Shown: positions 53,904 through 63,698, numbered from the stretch's first letter. The stretch is 64,000 nt of DNA from an uncultured Polycyclovorans sp. (GCA_964425915.1 CAYROO010000010.1:7314-71313); one strand, 5' to 3'. Numbers and translations are program-made. The notes: a model not told the origin generated them from the letters alone.

Positions 53904-55250
53904 TCAGGCGTCTGCCGACGGTGCTGCCGGCTGCGGCGGCTGCAGCAGCGCATCCAGCGACATGCTCACGGCGGTCGGGCTTGCCTTGGCCAACAGCGCA
54001 TCCACCACCTGCTCTTCCAGCACCATCGCACGCAGGCCCTGCAGCAGGTCCGGCCGCGACTGATAGTACTGACGCACCTGCTCGGGTTGCTCGTAATCGG
54101 CGGCAATGCTGGTGATCTCGGCGTCAACGCGGGCAGCGTCGAGTTCGATCTTCTCGGACTTCATCACCTCCCCGATCAACAGACCCAAGGCCACCCGGCG
54201 CTGTGCTTGCGGCGCAAAGATCTGTGCCGGCAGCATCTGATCGAGCTGCTCGACCTTGAACCCGGGCTGGTTCTGTAGGCCCATGCGAGCCGCTGCCTCC
54301 TGCTGCAGACGCGGCGTCTCCTGCGTGATCAGTGCCTCCGGGACCTCAATCGGGTTGGCAGCCAGAAGCTGATCCATCACCTGCTGCTTGAGCCGGTTGC
54401 GCACGGCCTTGTCGCGTTCCTTCTCCAGCGCCTGCCGACACTTGTCGCGCAGACCGCTCTCGCCGGCGTCCGGATCGACGTTGTGGCTTTTCAGGAACTC
54501 GGCGTCAATGTCGGGCAGTCGCGGCGCTTCCACCTTCTTCAGGACAACATCGAACTGCGCCGTTTTGCCCTGCAGGTCTTCCCGACGATAGTCGGCGGGA
54601 AACGCCACATCGACGGTGAAGCTGTTCGGGGCGGTCTTGCCCACCATGCCGGCTTCGAGGTCGGGCAGGAACTGGCCGGCGCCGATCTCCAGCCGGACAT
54701 CCTTGCCCTCACTGCCACCGAAGGGCTCGCCATCAAGCTTGCCGACAAAGTCCACCGTGACCGTGTCGCCCTGCTCGGCAGCCCGCTCAACGGGCTCAAA
54801 GCTGCGGCGCGACTTGCGCAGGTTTTCCACCAGACGGTCGACATCGGCGTCGGTCACCGTAACCTCCGGCCGCTCGATCTTGAGGGCATCAAGCCCCTGC
54901 AAGGTGATCTCCGGATACACCTCAATGTGGGCGACGTATTCCAGCGGCTCGCCGGCTTTCTCCGCGGTGATGTCGATCCGCGGCTGTCCGGCCGGCGCCA
55001 CCCCCGCCTCGCGCAGGGCTTCCGGGTAGGTTTGATTGACCAGATCCGACACTGCGTCCAGGCGCGCGGCGTCGCCATATTGCTGGAGAATCACCTTCAT
55101 CGGCGCCTTGCCCGGACGAAATCCCGGGACCTTGGCGCGTCGCGCCATGCCCTTCAGGCGCTCATCGACGGCTTGGCTGACACGCTCGGCGGGGAGGCGA
55201 ACACGCAATTCCCGGCGCAGTCCACCGGGGTTGTCCAGTTGTACTTCCAT
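53904..55250 (-). CDS. tig: Trigger factor
   Basis: N-terminal GFRPGKAP ribosome-binding motif and a central PPIase domain. 448 aa. Confidence 0.96.
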   Translation of the reverse strand: MEVQLDNPGGLRRELRVRLPAERVSQAVDERLKGMARRAKVPGFRPGKAPMKVILQQYGDAARLDAVSDLVNQTYPEALREAGVAPAGQPRIDITAEKAGEPLEYVAHIEVYPEITLQGLDALKIERPEVTVTDADVDRLVENLRKSRRSFEPVERAAEQGDTVTVDFVGKLDGEPFGGSEGKDVRLEIGAGQFLPDLEAGMVGKTAPNSFTVDVAFPADYRREDLQGKTAQFDVVLKKVEAPRLPDIDAEFLKSHNVDPDAGESGLRDKCRQALEKERDKAVRNRLKQQVMDQLLAANPIEVPEALITQETPRLQQEAAARMGLQNQPGFKVEQLDQMLPAQIFAPQAQRRVALGLLIGEVMKSEKIELDAARVDAEITSIAADYEQPEQVRQYYQSRPDLLQGLRAMVLEEQVVDALLAKASPTAVSMSLDALLQPPQPAAPSADA

Positions 55251-55360
55251 GGGTGTAAAGGATTCTCTTCGTCAGTCGTTCAGGATGCACGCCACGGAGG
55301 CCAGCAACGACGCGTAAACGCGGGCCACCGTATTGGGGTTCGGATCCGATGCGATCCAGA

Positions 55361-55445
55361 TGGTGCGGGAGGCGAGACTCGAACTCGCACGCCTTGCGGC
55401 GCTGGAACCTAAATCCAGTGCGTCTACCAATTCCGCCACTCTCGC
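55361..55445 (-). tRNA. tRNA-Leu (anticodon UAG)
   Basis: The reverse complement reads gcgagag-tg-gcgg-aattggtaga-cgca-ctgga-ttTAGgt-tccag, then a long variable arm, then gcgag-ttcgagt-ctcgc-ctcccgc-acca. There is one A:C mismatch in the acceptor stem. Confidence 0.9.
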
Positions 55446-55527
55446 ATCGGGCCGCACAGTATATCAGCGTGCTTCCTGAGCGGCGGGAACGTCGTATGGC
55501 GTTGCTGGGCTCATGACGGCTTGCATT

Positions 55528-55549
55528 ACTAATGATAATCGTTATCATT
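55528..55549. promoter_or_regulatory. Fur box upstream of hemP-hmuUV
   Basis: actAATGATAATCgTTATCatt matches 16/19 positions of GATAATGATAATCATTATC. It lies ~25 nt upstream of hemP. Confidence 0.75.
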
Positions 55550-55571
55550 TGAATCACTGATGGAGGACCCC

Positions 55572-55757
55572 ATGCAAGACGCCCTGACCCGCCCGCTGAC
55601 GCCGCACCTTTCCGCCTTCCGCCGCCCGCGCACGCCGGCTCCACGTTTGCGCAGCGAAGACCTGTTCCGCGACACCCACGAACTGGTGATCGAACACCAC
55701 GGCGAGGAATACCGGCTTCGCCTCACCCGCAACGACAAGCTGATCCTGAACAAGTAG
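55572..55757 (+). CDS. hemP: Hemin uptake protein HemP
   Basis: The C-terminal ...ELVIEHHGEEYRLRLTRNDKLILNK is the HemP/HmuP signature. ATG 55572 follows a GGAGGA Shine-Dalgarno sequence; ATG 55560 is the alternative. Confidence 0.8.
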   Translation: MQDALTRPLTPHLSAFRRPRTPAPRLRSEDLFRDTHELVIEHHGEEYRLRLTRNDKLILNK

Positions 55758-55795
55758 CCCGCCCGCGGCCGCGTTGCCGCAGGTAAGCTTGGCGG

Positions 55796-56824
55796 ATGCT
55801 CGTCGCCCGCCCTTTGCGCCTGCTGCCGCTGGCCCTGTTGACCGTCCTGTTGGCGGCGATCGCCCTGTGGGTCGGCCCTTCGAACCTCGGGCCTGCTCGC
55901 ATCGCGGCCAGCCTGGGCATCGGTGCGGCAGCGCCACTGGCCCCTTACGAATGGGCGGTGCTCACCGACATCCGCCTGCCGCGCGTCCTGCTCGGCTTGC
56001 TGGTCGGCGCTGCCTTGGCCCAGGCCGGCGCAGCGATGCAGGGCTTGTTCCGCAACCCGCTGGCAGAGCCGGGCGTAGTCGGCGTATCGGGAGGCGCGGC
56101 GCTGGCCGCGGTCTGCGCACTGGTCGTCGGGTTGCCGTCCGCCCTTCCGCTGCCGACCGGCTTGCTGTTACCGGCGGCCGCTTTCCTCGGCGGCTGGTTG
56201 GCGACGCTGAGCGTGATGTCACTGGCGCGCGTCGATGGCAGCCTGCGAATGGCCACCCTGCTGCTTGCCGGCATGGCCATCAATGCCCTGACCAGTGCGG
56301 GCATCGGCTTTCTCGCGCATACCGCCGATGCCACCGCACTGCGTACCTTGACCTTCTGGCTGTTCGGCTCGCTCGGCCGCGCCAGTTGGCCAGAACTGGC
56401 CTGGACTGCGCCGCTGCTCTGCCTCCCCCTGCTGTGGCTACCGCGCCGCGCCCGCGCCCTCAACGCACTGTTGCTGGGCGAAGCCGAAGCTCAGCATCTC
56501 GGCGTTTCGGTGGAGCGACTGAAGCGGGAGATCGCGCTGCTGTCGGTGTTGGCGGTGGCCACGAGCGTCGCCGCCACTGGCGTCATTGCCTTTGTCGGAC
56601 TGATCGTGCCGCATTTGCTGCGCCTGCGGCATGGTCCCGATCATCGGCTGCTGCTGCCGGGCGCTGCGCTGGGTGGGGCCTGCCTGCTGACCGCCGCCGA
56701 CCTGCTGGCGCGAACCCTGATGGCTCCAGCCGAGTTGCCCATCGGCGTGTTGACCGCACTGCTGGGCGGACCATTCTTCCTTTGGCTGCTGGCGCGCGGG
56801 CAGGACCGCGAAGCGCTGGCATGA
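55796..56824 (+). CDS. hmuU: Hemin/iron-siderophore ABC transporter permease (FecCD family)
   Basis: About 9-10 TM segments, with LTDIRLPRVLLGLLVGAALA and GPFFLWLL motifs typical of FecCD/HmuU. Confidence 0.88.
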   Translation: MLVARPLRLLPLALLTVLLAAIALWVGPSNLGPARIAASLGIGAAAPLAPYEWAVLTDIRLPRVLLGLLVGAALAQAGAAMQGLFRNPLAEPGVVGVSGGAALAAVCALVVGLPSALPLPTGLLLPAAAFLGGWLATLSVMSLARVDGSLRMATLLLAGMAINALTSAGIGFLAHTADATALRTLTFWLFGSLGRASWPELAWTAPLLCLPLLWLPRRARALNALLLGEAEAQHLGVSVERLKREIALLSVLAVATSVAATGVIAFVGLIVPHLLRLRHGPDHRLLLPGAALGGACLLTAADLLARTLMAPAELPIGVLTALLGGPFFLWLLARGQDREALA

Positions 56825-57600
56825 GCCTGGACCTGGTCGACGTGAGCTGGCATGACGGCGCCCAGGCCCGCCTTCAACGCGTGAGCCTGTCCCTCGAACC
56901 TGGACAGATGCACGCGGTACTCGGCCCCAACGGCGCCGGCAAATCGAGCCTGGTGACACTGCTGGCCGGCGACCACCCGCCGACGACCGGACAGGTCCTG
57001 CTGGACGACCGCCCCTTGGGTCAGTGGTCGCCGAGCGCGCTGGCGCAACGTCGCGCGGTGATGCTGCAGCAGGATGGGCTGCAATTCGGATTCCGAGTGG
57101 CGCAGGTGGTGGCGCTGGGCCGACTGCCCCACCCGCCGTCGGCGGCGGACCTTGAACACCAACGGATCATGGAGGCGCTGCAGGTCACCGGCGCGGCCCA
57201 CCTCCTCCAGCGACGCTACACCCAGCTCAGTGGTGGTGAACGTCAGCGCGTCCGCCTGGCGCGGGTTCTGGTACAGGTCTGGCCGACACCGGACGCCACG
57301 GGCTATTTGCTGCTCGACGAGCCCACCACGGCGCTGGATCTGGCCCATCAGCACGATTGTCTGGCCGCGCTCCAGCGCTGGGCGCGTGATGGCTACGGTG
57401 TGTTGGTGGTGCTGCACGATCCCAACCTGGCGCTGGCGTTCGCCGATCAGGTCTCACTGATGTGCTGCGGTGAGCTGGTCGCCCAGGGCGCACCGGCCGA
57501 GGTGCTGACACCCGCCCGCATGCAACAGATCTTCGGCATCCGAACCCGGATGCTGCGCCGCGAGGACGGGCGCCCCCAGCTCCTGGTCGAGGGTCGCTGA
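56821..57600 (+). CDS. hmuV: Hemin ABC transporter ATP-binding protein
   Basis: Walker A GPNGAGKSSL, signature LSGGERQRV and Walker B LLLDEPT. The ATG overlaps the hmuU stop (ATGA). Confidence 0.9.
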   Translation: MSLDLVDVSWHDGAQARLQRVSLSLEPGQMHAVLGPNGAGKSSLVTLLAGDHPPTTGQVLLDDRPLGQWSPSALAQRRAVMLQQDGLQFGFRVAQVVALGRLPHPPSAADLEHQRIMEALQVTGAAHLLQRRYTQLSGGERQRVRLARVLVQVWPTPDATGYLLLDEPTTALDLAHQHDCLAALQRWARDGYGVLVVLHDPNLALAFADQVSLMCCGELVAQGAPAEVLTPARMQQIFGIRTRMLRREDGRPQLLVEGR

Positions 57601-57614
57601 GGTATGCCTGCGGG

Positions 57615-58301
57615 TCACTCGTCGTCGTCATTGCCCTCGGGGGCCGGCACCTCCAGCGAAGCCGCCTCGGCCTGCATCAGGCGTTGCGCCAGCAGCGCCG
57701 CCTGGGTGCGTCGGACCAGCCCCAACTTGCGCAGTATGGCCGTGACGTGGGCCTTTACTGTGGCCTCAGTGACGTGAATCTCATAGGCGATCTGCTTATT
57801 GAGGAAGCCTTCCGCCAACATCATGAAGACGCGGAATTGCTGCGGGGACAGACTGGCGATGCGCCGCGCCTGGTCCCGATCAGTCTGCGATACCGATGCC
57901 CCCTGCAGTTGCGACGGCACCCAGATGCCGCCTTCGGTGACCCGGTTCAGCGCCTCCGACAGCACCGGCAGCCCAGCCGACTTGGGAATGAACCCCGACG
58001 CGCCGAAGTCGAGCGCGCGTCGCATCACTGCCGGATCCTCATGACCTGACACCACCACCACTGGCAGCGCCGGATGCTCGTTGCGCAGATACAGCAATGA
58101 CGAAAAGCCCTTCGCGCCCGGCATGTGCAGATCCAGTAGCACCAGTTCGGCTTCGGGCGCCTGCTCCACGGCCGCTCGCAGGGATTCGAAACGGTCGACC
58201 TCGATGACCCGAACGCCGGACATCAGACCAAGCAGCGCCTGCACCAGGGCGGCCCGGAACAGCGGATGATCGTCCGCCACGATCACAGTGGACGGCAGCA
58301 T
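57615..58301 (-). CDS. NarL/FixJ (LuxR-type HTH) response regulator
   Basis: Receiver domain (VIVADDHPLFR...LVLLDLHMPG) plus a C-terminal LuxR HTH (LSPQQFRVFMMLAEGFLNKQIAYEIHVTEATVKAHV). The start is set at MLPSTV. Confidence 0.88.
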   Translation of the reverse strand: MLPSTVIVADDHPLFRAALVQALLGLMSGVRVIEVDRFESLRAAVEQAPEAELVLLDLHMPGAKGFSSLLYLRNEHPALPVVVVSGHEDPAVMRRALDFGASGFIPKSAGLPVLSEALNRVTEGGIWVPSQLQGASVSQTDRDQARRIASLSPQQFRVFMMLAEGFLNKQIAYEIHVTEATVKAHVTAILRKLGLVRRTQAALLAQRLMQAEAASLEVPAPEGNDDDE

Positions 58302-58551
58302 GGTGGTCACGCCTCTCGTCGATACCGGAAGTTCCGGTTGGATGGTTGCCGCCATGGTATCCGCCTTATCTCGAATCATCACCCGCTTCTACGCCTCTGC
58401 CCGACCGAACGCCATTCGACCTTGGCGGCAATCGCCTTTGGTCGTAGCCAGCGGCGTCATTCGACCAAGGAGGAATGGCGGTCTTTCAAGCGTCGGCTGA
58501 CAGTCAGCCATCGCGCCCAACGAGGCGCTCGCGAAGAGAGGAGACACCACC

Positions 58552-59736
58552 ATGACCACCCGTTTCGGCGCCACCGGCGCCCTTGCCCTGTTGATGGGGC
58601 TGCCGATGAGCGTCCACGCAGGGGACATGACGCTGGGCAGCACGACGCTGACCTGGGGCGGCTATTTGAAAGCCGACGCACTCTACAGCCGCTTCTCCGA
58701 GGGGCGCGTCGCACAGGGTCTCGCCCGCGACTTCTACCTGCCCTCTGCGATTCCGGTGTCGGCCGGCGGCGGCGATAGCTACAGCGTGCTCGATGCCCAT
58801 GCCAAGGAAACCCGATTGTTCGTCGCCGCAAAAACCCACTATGAAGGCATCGCCATCGGCGGCCATATTGAGTTCGACTTCATCGTCAACCAGGGCGCCG
58901 GCGCAGACGAACGCATCACCAACGCCTACAACCCCGGGTTGCGACGCGCCTTCATCACCGTCGGCGACTGGCTGGTCGGGCAGGAGTGGACCACCTTCCA
59001 GAACCTGGGCGCCATTCCGGAAACCCTGGATTTCGTGGCGTTTCCCTCCGAAGGCACGGTATTCGAACGCCAGCCGATGATCCGCTACAGCCGTGGCGGC
59101 TTCGCCATCGCCCTGGAGAATCCTGAATCCACCATCCAGAACGGGGTCAGCGGCGGCGGCGCACCGATACGCGTCACCACCAACGACAACCGGCTGCCGG
59201 ACCTCACGGCCCGGTACCTGTTCAAGCTGACCGGCGCCGACCTCGGCATTGCCGCCCTGGTGCGCGAGATCGCCGTTGACCAGGCCGTGCCCGGCCTCGA
59301 CGACCGCGAGACCGGGTTCGGAATCAGCCTCTCGGGCAAGGTGCCGCTGGGCGGCCCAGACCTCCGCTTCATGGTCACCACGGGCGAAGGCATCGGCCGC
59401 TACGTGGCCCTGAATCTGGCGCCCGACGCGGCAGTGGACGCCAACATGGCGTTGGACGCTGTGGGGCTTACGGCGGGCTACATCGCCTATCGCCAGCCAT
59501 GGTCAACCCAGTGGCGCAGCACCGTCACCTACTCGCACCTGGCGGTGGATAACGACACAGCCACCACGGGCACCGCGACCACCCGGTCGGTCAGCAGTGC
59601 GAGCGTCAACCTGCTGTACTCGCCGGTGCCGAAGATCACGGTTGGCGTTGAGTTCCGCCACGCCGAACGCGAGCTGGAGAACGGAGACGATGGCAGCCTG
59701 GACCGACTGCAGTTCTCGGCCAAATACCTGTTTTAG
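58552..59736 (+). CDS. Outer-membrane porin (DcaP-like beta-barrel)
   Basis: Signal peptide ...SVHA, an alternating beta-strand pattern, and a C-terminal ...LQFSAKYLF. Confidence 0.7.
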   Translation: MTTRFGATGALALLMGLPMSVHAGDMTLGSTTLTWGGYLKADALYSRFSEGRVAQGLARDFYLPSAIPVSAGGGDSYSVLDAHAKETRLFVAAKTHYEGIAIGGHIEFDFIVNQGAGADERITNAYNPGLRRAFITVGDWLVGQEWTTFQNLGAIPETLDFVAFPSEGTVFERQPMIRYSRGGFAIALENPESTIQNGVSGGGAPIRVTTNDNRLPDLTARYLFKLTGADLGIAALVREIAVDQAVPGLDDRETGFGISLSGKVPLGGPDLRFMVTTGEGIGRYVALNLAPDAAVDANMALDAVGLTAGYIAYRQPWSTQWRSTVTYSHLAVDNDTATTGTATTRSVSSASVNLLYSPVPKITVGVEFRHAERELENGDDGSLDRLQFSAKYLF

Positions 59737-59761
59737 GCTACACTCCCGCCCCTCGCGACAT

Positions 59762-59787
59762 GGTACCCGGCGCATGCGCCGGGTACC
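59762..59787. terminator. Perfect 26-nt GC-rich palindrome after the porin gene (hairpin with no U-tract)
   Basis: The sequence is ggtacccggcgc-at-gcgccgggtacc. It lies 26 nt after the porin stop and 22 nt before tRNA-Pro. Confidence 0.45.
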
Positions 59788-59808
59788 GTGATTCTGGAGT
59801 CCGGCTGT

Positions 59809-59885
59809 CGGGGCGTAGCGCAGTTTGGTAGCGCATCTGCTTTGGGAGCAGAGGGTCGGGGGTTCGAATCCCTCCGCCCCGACCA
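59809..59885 (+). tRNA. tRNA-Pro (anticodon GGG)
   Basis: The cloverleaf reads cggggcg-ta-gcgc-agtttggta-gcgc-a-tctgc-ttGGGag-gcaga-gggtc-ggggg-ttcgaat-ccctc-cgccccg-acca. Confidence 0.92.
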
Positions 59886-59893
59886 ATCCGGCT

Positions 59894-60520
59894 TCAGATG
59901 CCCAGGGCCGCCAACGGCCCGGCGCCTTCGCGCAGCACTTCGGGGACGTCGCCGGTGAGATCCACCACCGTGGTCGGCACCGTTCCGCAAGGCCCCGCTG
60001 CCACCACCACATCGACCTGCTGCAGCAGGGCATCGCGCCATTCCTCGGGATCATCCACCGGCGACGACGCCTCAGGCAGCTGCAGCGTGCAGGAGATCAG
60101 CGGCTGGCCCAGTGTCGTCAACAGTGCCTGGCTGACGGTGTGCTGCGGCACACGGATCCCAATGGTCTTGCGGCGTTCATGCGCCACCCGCTTGGGCAAT
60201 TCCTTGGTCGCCAGCAGGACGAAGGTATAGGGCCCCGGTGTGAGCTGCTTGAGCAATCGGAACTGCCGGTTATCCACCCGCGCATAGGTCGAGATTTCGG
60301 AAAGATCCCGACAGACCAGGGTGAACTGGTGATGTTTGTCGAATTGCCGGATGCGACGCAGGCGGTCGGCAGCCGCACGGTCGTCGAGATGACAGCCGAG
60401 CGCGTAGCCGGAATCGGTGGGATAGGCAATCACCGCACCCGCCTGGATCCGCGCGGCCACCTGCGACAGCTGACGCCGGTGCGGGTTGTCGGGGTGTACG
60501 TCATACCAATCGGCGGCCAT
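59894..60520 (-). CDS. L-threonylcarbamoyladenylate synthase family protein (YciO/YrdC-like)
   Basis: The IAYPTDSGYALGC motif, the YrdC fold length (208 aa), and synteny with yciB/yciI. Confidence 0.85.
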   Translation of the reverse strand: MAADWYDVHPDNPHRRQLSQVAARIQAGAVIAYPTDSGYALGCHLDDRAAADRLRRIRQFDKHHQFTLVCRDLSEISTYARVDNRQFRLLKQLTPGPYTFVLLATKELPKRVAHERRKTIGIRVPQHTVSQALLTTLGQPLISCTLQLPEASSPVDDPEEWRDALLQQVDVVVAAGPCGTVPTTVVDLTGDVPEVLREGAGPLAALGI

Positions 60521-60549
60521 CGCCCATTGTACGCCGCCGACTCCTTACA

Positions 60550-61095
60550 ATGCGGCGCATGAAGCAGATCCTCGACCTCGCCCCCGCCGTTGTGTTCTTC
60601 GTCGCCTACTATTTGGGCGACATTTACACGGCCACCGCCGCCGTCATTGTCGCGCTGTTTGTGGTGGTGGCGGTCTACGGCCTGATCGAACGACGCCTGC
60701 ACAAGATGCACGCGGCGGCAGCCGTGCTCGCCCTCGCCCTGGGCGGTCTCACCCTCTATGTGCGGGACCCCGTCTTCATCAAGTTCAAGCCCAGTGTGGT
60801 GTATGCCTTGCTCGGCCTGATTCTCGCCGGCAGCCACTGGATCGGCGACCGGGTGCTGCTGGCGCGCCTACCGCAAACGCTATTTGTCCTGCCGCCTGCG
60901 CTTTGGCGTCGCATCAATGCCGTCTGGGCGGCCTTTTTCTTTGGTCTGGCTGCGCTCAACCTGTACGTGGCCAGCCAGCTGAGTGAAGCGACGTGGGTGC
61001 AGTTCCGCACCTATGGCTATTCCATCTTGATGTTCGCCTTCCTGATGGCGCACTTGCCATTTCTGTCCAAGTACATGCCGGAGTCGCAAGGCTGA
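60550..61095 (+). CDS. yciB: Intracellular septation protein A (YciB/IspZ)
   Basis: MKQILDLAPAVVFFVAYY..., five TM segments, and the FKPSVVYALLG motif. Confidence 0.9.
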   Translation: MRRMKQILDLAPAVVFFVAYYLGDIYTATAAVIVALFVVVAVYGLIERRLHKMHAAAAVLALALGGLTLYVRDPVFIKFKPSVVYALLGLILAGSHWIGDRVLLARLPQTLFVLPPALWRRINAVWAAFFFGLAALNLYVASQLSEATWVQFRTYGYSILMFAFLMAHLPFLSKYMPESQG

Positions 61096-61394
61096 TGCAG
61101 TATTTGATTCTCGCGGATGACAACCCAGGCAGCGGCGCGTTGCGGCGCGAAACCCGCCCTGCCCATCTTCAGTATCTGCAGGGCCTGCTCGATCAGGGCC
61201 GCTTGTTGCTGGCCGGGCCGCGGCTGCTGACGGACGCCCCCGATCCCAGCGCCGGCGTCATCGGCAGCATCATCGTGGCGGAGTTCGACAGCCTGGAAGC
61301 GGCACACGCCTGGGCAGAACAGGACCCTTATGCCCGAGCCGGACTGTTCGCCGCGGTGCGCATCGAGCCGATGATCAAGGCCCTGCCAGCATGA
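61095..61394 (+). CDS. yciI: YciI-family protein
   Basis: MQYLILADD...RPAHLQYL...AEQDPYARAGLF. 99 aa. The start overlaps the yciB stop. Confidence 0.88.
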   Translation: MQYLILADDNPGSGALRRETRPAHLQYLQGLLDQGRLLLAGPRLLTDAPDPSAGVIGSIIVAEFDSLEAAHAWAEQDPYARAGLFAAVRIEPMIKALPA

Positions 61395-61666
61395 CCGACC
61401 GTATCGCACGGATCGAAGCGGCGCTGCGGGCCGCCTTGGCGCCCACCGAGCTGTCGGTGCGCGATGACAGCCACCTACACGTGGGCCATGCCGGCGCCCG
61501 AAGTGGCCGCGGGCACTTTCACCTCACGCTGCGCAGCGCGATGTTTCAGGATATGCCGCTGCTGGCCCGGCATCGGGCCGTGTATGCCGCTCTGGGCAGC
61601 CTGATGGACACCGATATTCATGCCCTATCGATGGATTTGCAGCCATCGAAGCCGTCGCGCACCTGA
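61391..61666 (+). CDS. BolA-family protein
   Basis: ...DDSHLHVGHAGA....HF.L...S..F......RHR.VY..L, the BolA signature. 91 aa. Confidence 0.88.
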   Translation: MTDRIARIEAALRAALAPTELSVRDDSHLHVGHAGARSGRGHFHLTLRSAMFQDMPLLARHRAVYAALGSLMDTDIHALSMDLQPSKPSRT

Positions 61667-61802
61667 ATTCCGCTGCCGATCCTGTAGGACATTACCGATA
61701 GTCACAACCCCCGCCAGCCCCAGGGGGTATGCCACAGCCCTGGCACTGTGAGAAGATCGTGGGGTCGTTTTTACCTCACAGAAACACATAGGGGCTAAGG
61801 GT

Positions 61803-62867
61803 ATGAAATCCAAAGTGATGTTGAGCGGGGTGGTCCTCACCACCGCAATCGGGCTCTCCGGCCCGGCCGCGGCGCAGAGTCTGTTGTGCGATTGCAGTGT
61901 GGTCGACCGCTATCTGGGCGTGCTCGGCACCTACACCTTCGCCGACGACGAGCGCCTGGCTGATATCGATTACGCCACCGGCATCAAGCTGCTCTATGGC
62001 AAGCAGTTTGCGGAAAGCAATTTCGGCTACGAGCTTCATGTGGCGCTCGATACCTACGAAACCGACCTGATCGGCACCGACTTCTACCGTCATGGCCTCG
62101 GCCTTGACCTGACCTATCGCTTTGGCGACCGCAGCGGCTTCACGCCGTTCCTGATCGCGGGCATCGGCGGGGCCTACAACGATGTGGTCCCTGACAAGGA
62201 AGACGACTTCGACTTCACCGCCAACGCCGGCCTGGGTTTCGTATCCGGCCCGCTGACCGATTCCGGGCAACTGCGACTGCGTGGCGAAGGCCGCTATGTC
62301 TATGACAATTTCCTCGACGGCTTCGATGAAGCACGCGTGTCACTGGGCCTTGAGTACGCCCTGTTCCGCCCCGCCGCCACACCCGCACCGGCGGAAGCCG
62401 ATGTACAGGTGGTGGAAGTGCCCACGGGATTGCTGGACTCCGACGGCGATGGCGTCGTCGATGACAAGGACAACTGTCCGGACACCCCGGCCGGTACCCG
62501 CGTCGATGGCGCTGGCTGCCCGCTGGAGAGCGTCATCACCCTGCACGGCGTGACCTTCGAGTTCGACAAGGATCGCCTGACCGCGGATGCCAAGACCATC
62601 CTCGAACAGGGCGTGGAAATCCTCACCAAGTACCCGGACATGCAGGTCCAGGTTGCCGGTCACACTGACTCTGTGGGCTCCGACGACTACAACCTCGCCC
62701 TGTCCAAGCGCCGCGCCGCGGCCGTGGTCGAGTACTTCGTCGCCAACGGCGTCGGCGAGAGCCAGCTGAGCTCGGAAGGCTACGGCGAGTCCGAGCCGAT
62801 CGCTACCAACGACACCGCTGAAGGCCGCGAGCTGAACCGTCGCGTCGAGCTGCGCGTGCTGAACTAA
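61803..62867 (+). CDS. OmpA-family outer-membrane protein with thrombospondin type-3 repeats
   Basis: Signal peptide, an N-terminal beta-barrel, DSDGDGVVDDKDNCPDTP, and a C-terminal OmpA domain (GHTDSVGSDDYNLALSKRRA...NRRVEL). Confidence 0.9.
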   Translation: MKSKVMLSGVVLTTAIGLSGPAAAQSLLCDCSVVDRYLGVLGTYTFADDERLADIDYATGIKLLYGKQFAESNFGYELHVALDTYETDLIGTDFYRHGLGLDLTYRFGDRSGFTPFLIAGIGGAYNDVVPDKEDDFDFTANAGLGFVSGPLTDSGQLRLRGEGRYVYDNFLDGFDEARVSLGLEYALFRPAATPAPAEADVQVVEVPTGLLDSDGDGVVDDKDNCPDTPAGTRVDGAGCPLESVITLHGVTFEFDKDRLTADAKTILEQGVEILTKYPDMQVQVAGHTDSVGSDDYNLALSKRRAAAVVEYFVANGVGESQLSSEGYGESEPIATNDTAEGRELNRRVELRVLN

Positions 62868-62885
62868 TTCAAGGGATATCACACC

Positions 62886-63698
62886 ATGAACAACCTCAAA
62901 AACTGGATGGGTACCGCCGCGCTGGCGGGCTTCGTCACCCTGAGCGCCGGCCTGGCCGGCTGCAGCGCCGACGGCGCGCTGGATTTCGACTCCGGCTCAG
63001 GCTCCGTTGGCGGCGGCCTCGACCCGGACGTCGACGTCATTGATCCCGTCAACGGCTTCCTCAATGACGGCTCAATCGGTGGCTCGGTGTCTGTCGATGG
63101 CGTGCTCATCGACGGCACCTTCAAGTGCCTCAACAGCGCGCAGTCGCAGTTCGGTGCCACCACCGAAGTGGGCAGTGGCGGCCTGCTGGGCGGTCCGCTG
63201 TCGTTCCTCTTGCAATTGCTGGGTGGCGTGCCGGTCACGGCCCTGACCAACAGCGTCAAGGACAAGAACGACGCCATCGACGGCAGCCTGACCACCCACA
63301 GCACCTTCCAGCTGACGGTCGACCTGCTGAGCCTGCTCGATTCGCTTGACCAGTCCGTGCTGCTGCCGACCAGCCGCAATGCAGGCAGCTATGCTGCCTT
63401 CGCGGTGGGCTTCCCGGCGGGCACGGTGAACCTGTCGCTGGCGAACCAGATCAGCGTTACCACCTTCCTCAATGGTGTCGAACAGGAAACCTCGGTGCCG
63501 CTCAATCAGAGCGCACTCGACCTGCTCGGCCTCACCCTGGCGGGCGACGCTTACGCGTTTGTGGGCCTCAAGGCCACCAAGCCGTTTGATCGGGCGACCC
63601 TGAGCCTGGCGCCGGCACTGCTGAGCCTTGACGTCGGTGAAGGCATGTATGTCTACGAGATGTGCACCAACCTGCAGGTGATTCCGCCCGCGCCGTAA
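62886..63698 (+). CDS. Hypothetical lipoprotein
   Basis: Lipobox LAGC after a signal peptide. The mature part is Gly/Ser/Asp-rich. No recognised family. Confidence 0.6.
   Translation: MNNLKNWMGTAALAGFVTLSAGLAGCSADGALDFDSGSGSVGGGLDPDVDVIDPVNGFLNDGSIGGSVSVDGVLIDGTFKCLNSAQSQFGATTEVGSGGLLGGPLSFLLQLLGGVPVTALTNSVKDKNDAIDGSLTTHSTFQLTVDLLSLLDSLDQSVLLPTSRNAGSYAAFAVGFPAGTVNLSLANQISVTTFLNGVEQETSVPLNQSALDLLGLTLAGDAYAFVGLKATKPFDRATLSLAPALLSLDVGEGMYVYEMCTNLQVIPPAP

Noticed and set aside
52086-55412. Plus-strand ORFs antisense to clpX (52086..53180), clpP (53362..54063) and tig (54483..55412).
   Set aside because: The reason is the same as above: they lie opposite strongly supported housekeeping genes and have low-complexity translations.
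55774-56820. A 608-aa read-through ORF (55774..57600) that could suggest a fused or frameshifted hmuU-hmuV gene.
   Set aside because: Only the last 259 aa (from ATG 56821) look like an ABC ATPase. The upstream part is Arg/Pro/Gly-rich nonsense that overlaps the genuine FecCD-type permease frame (55796..56824).
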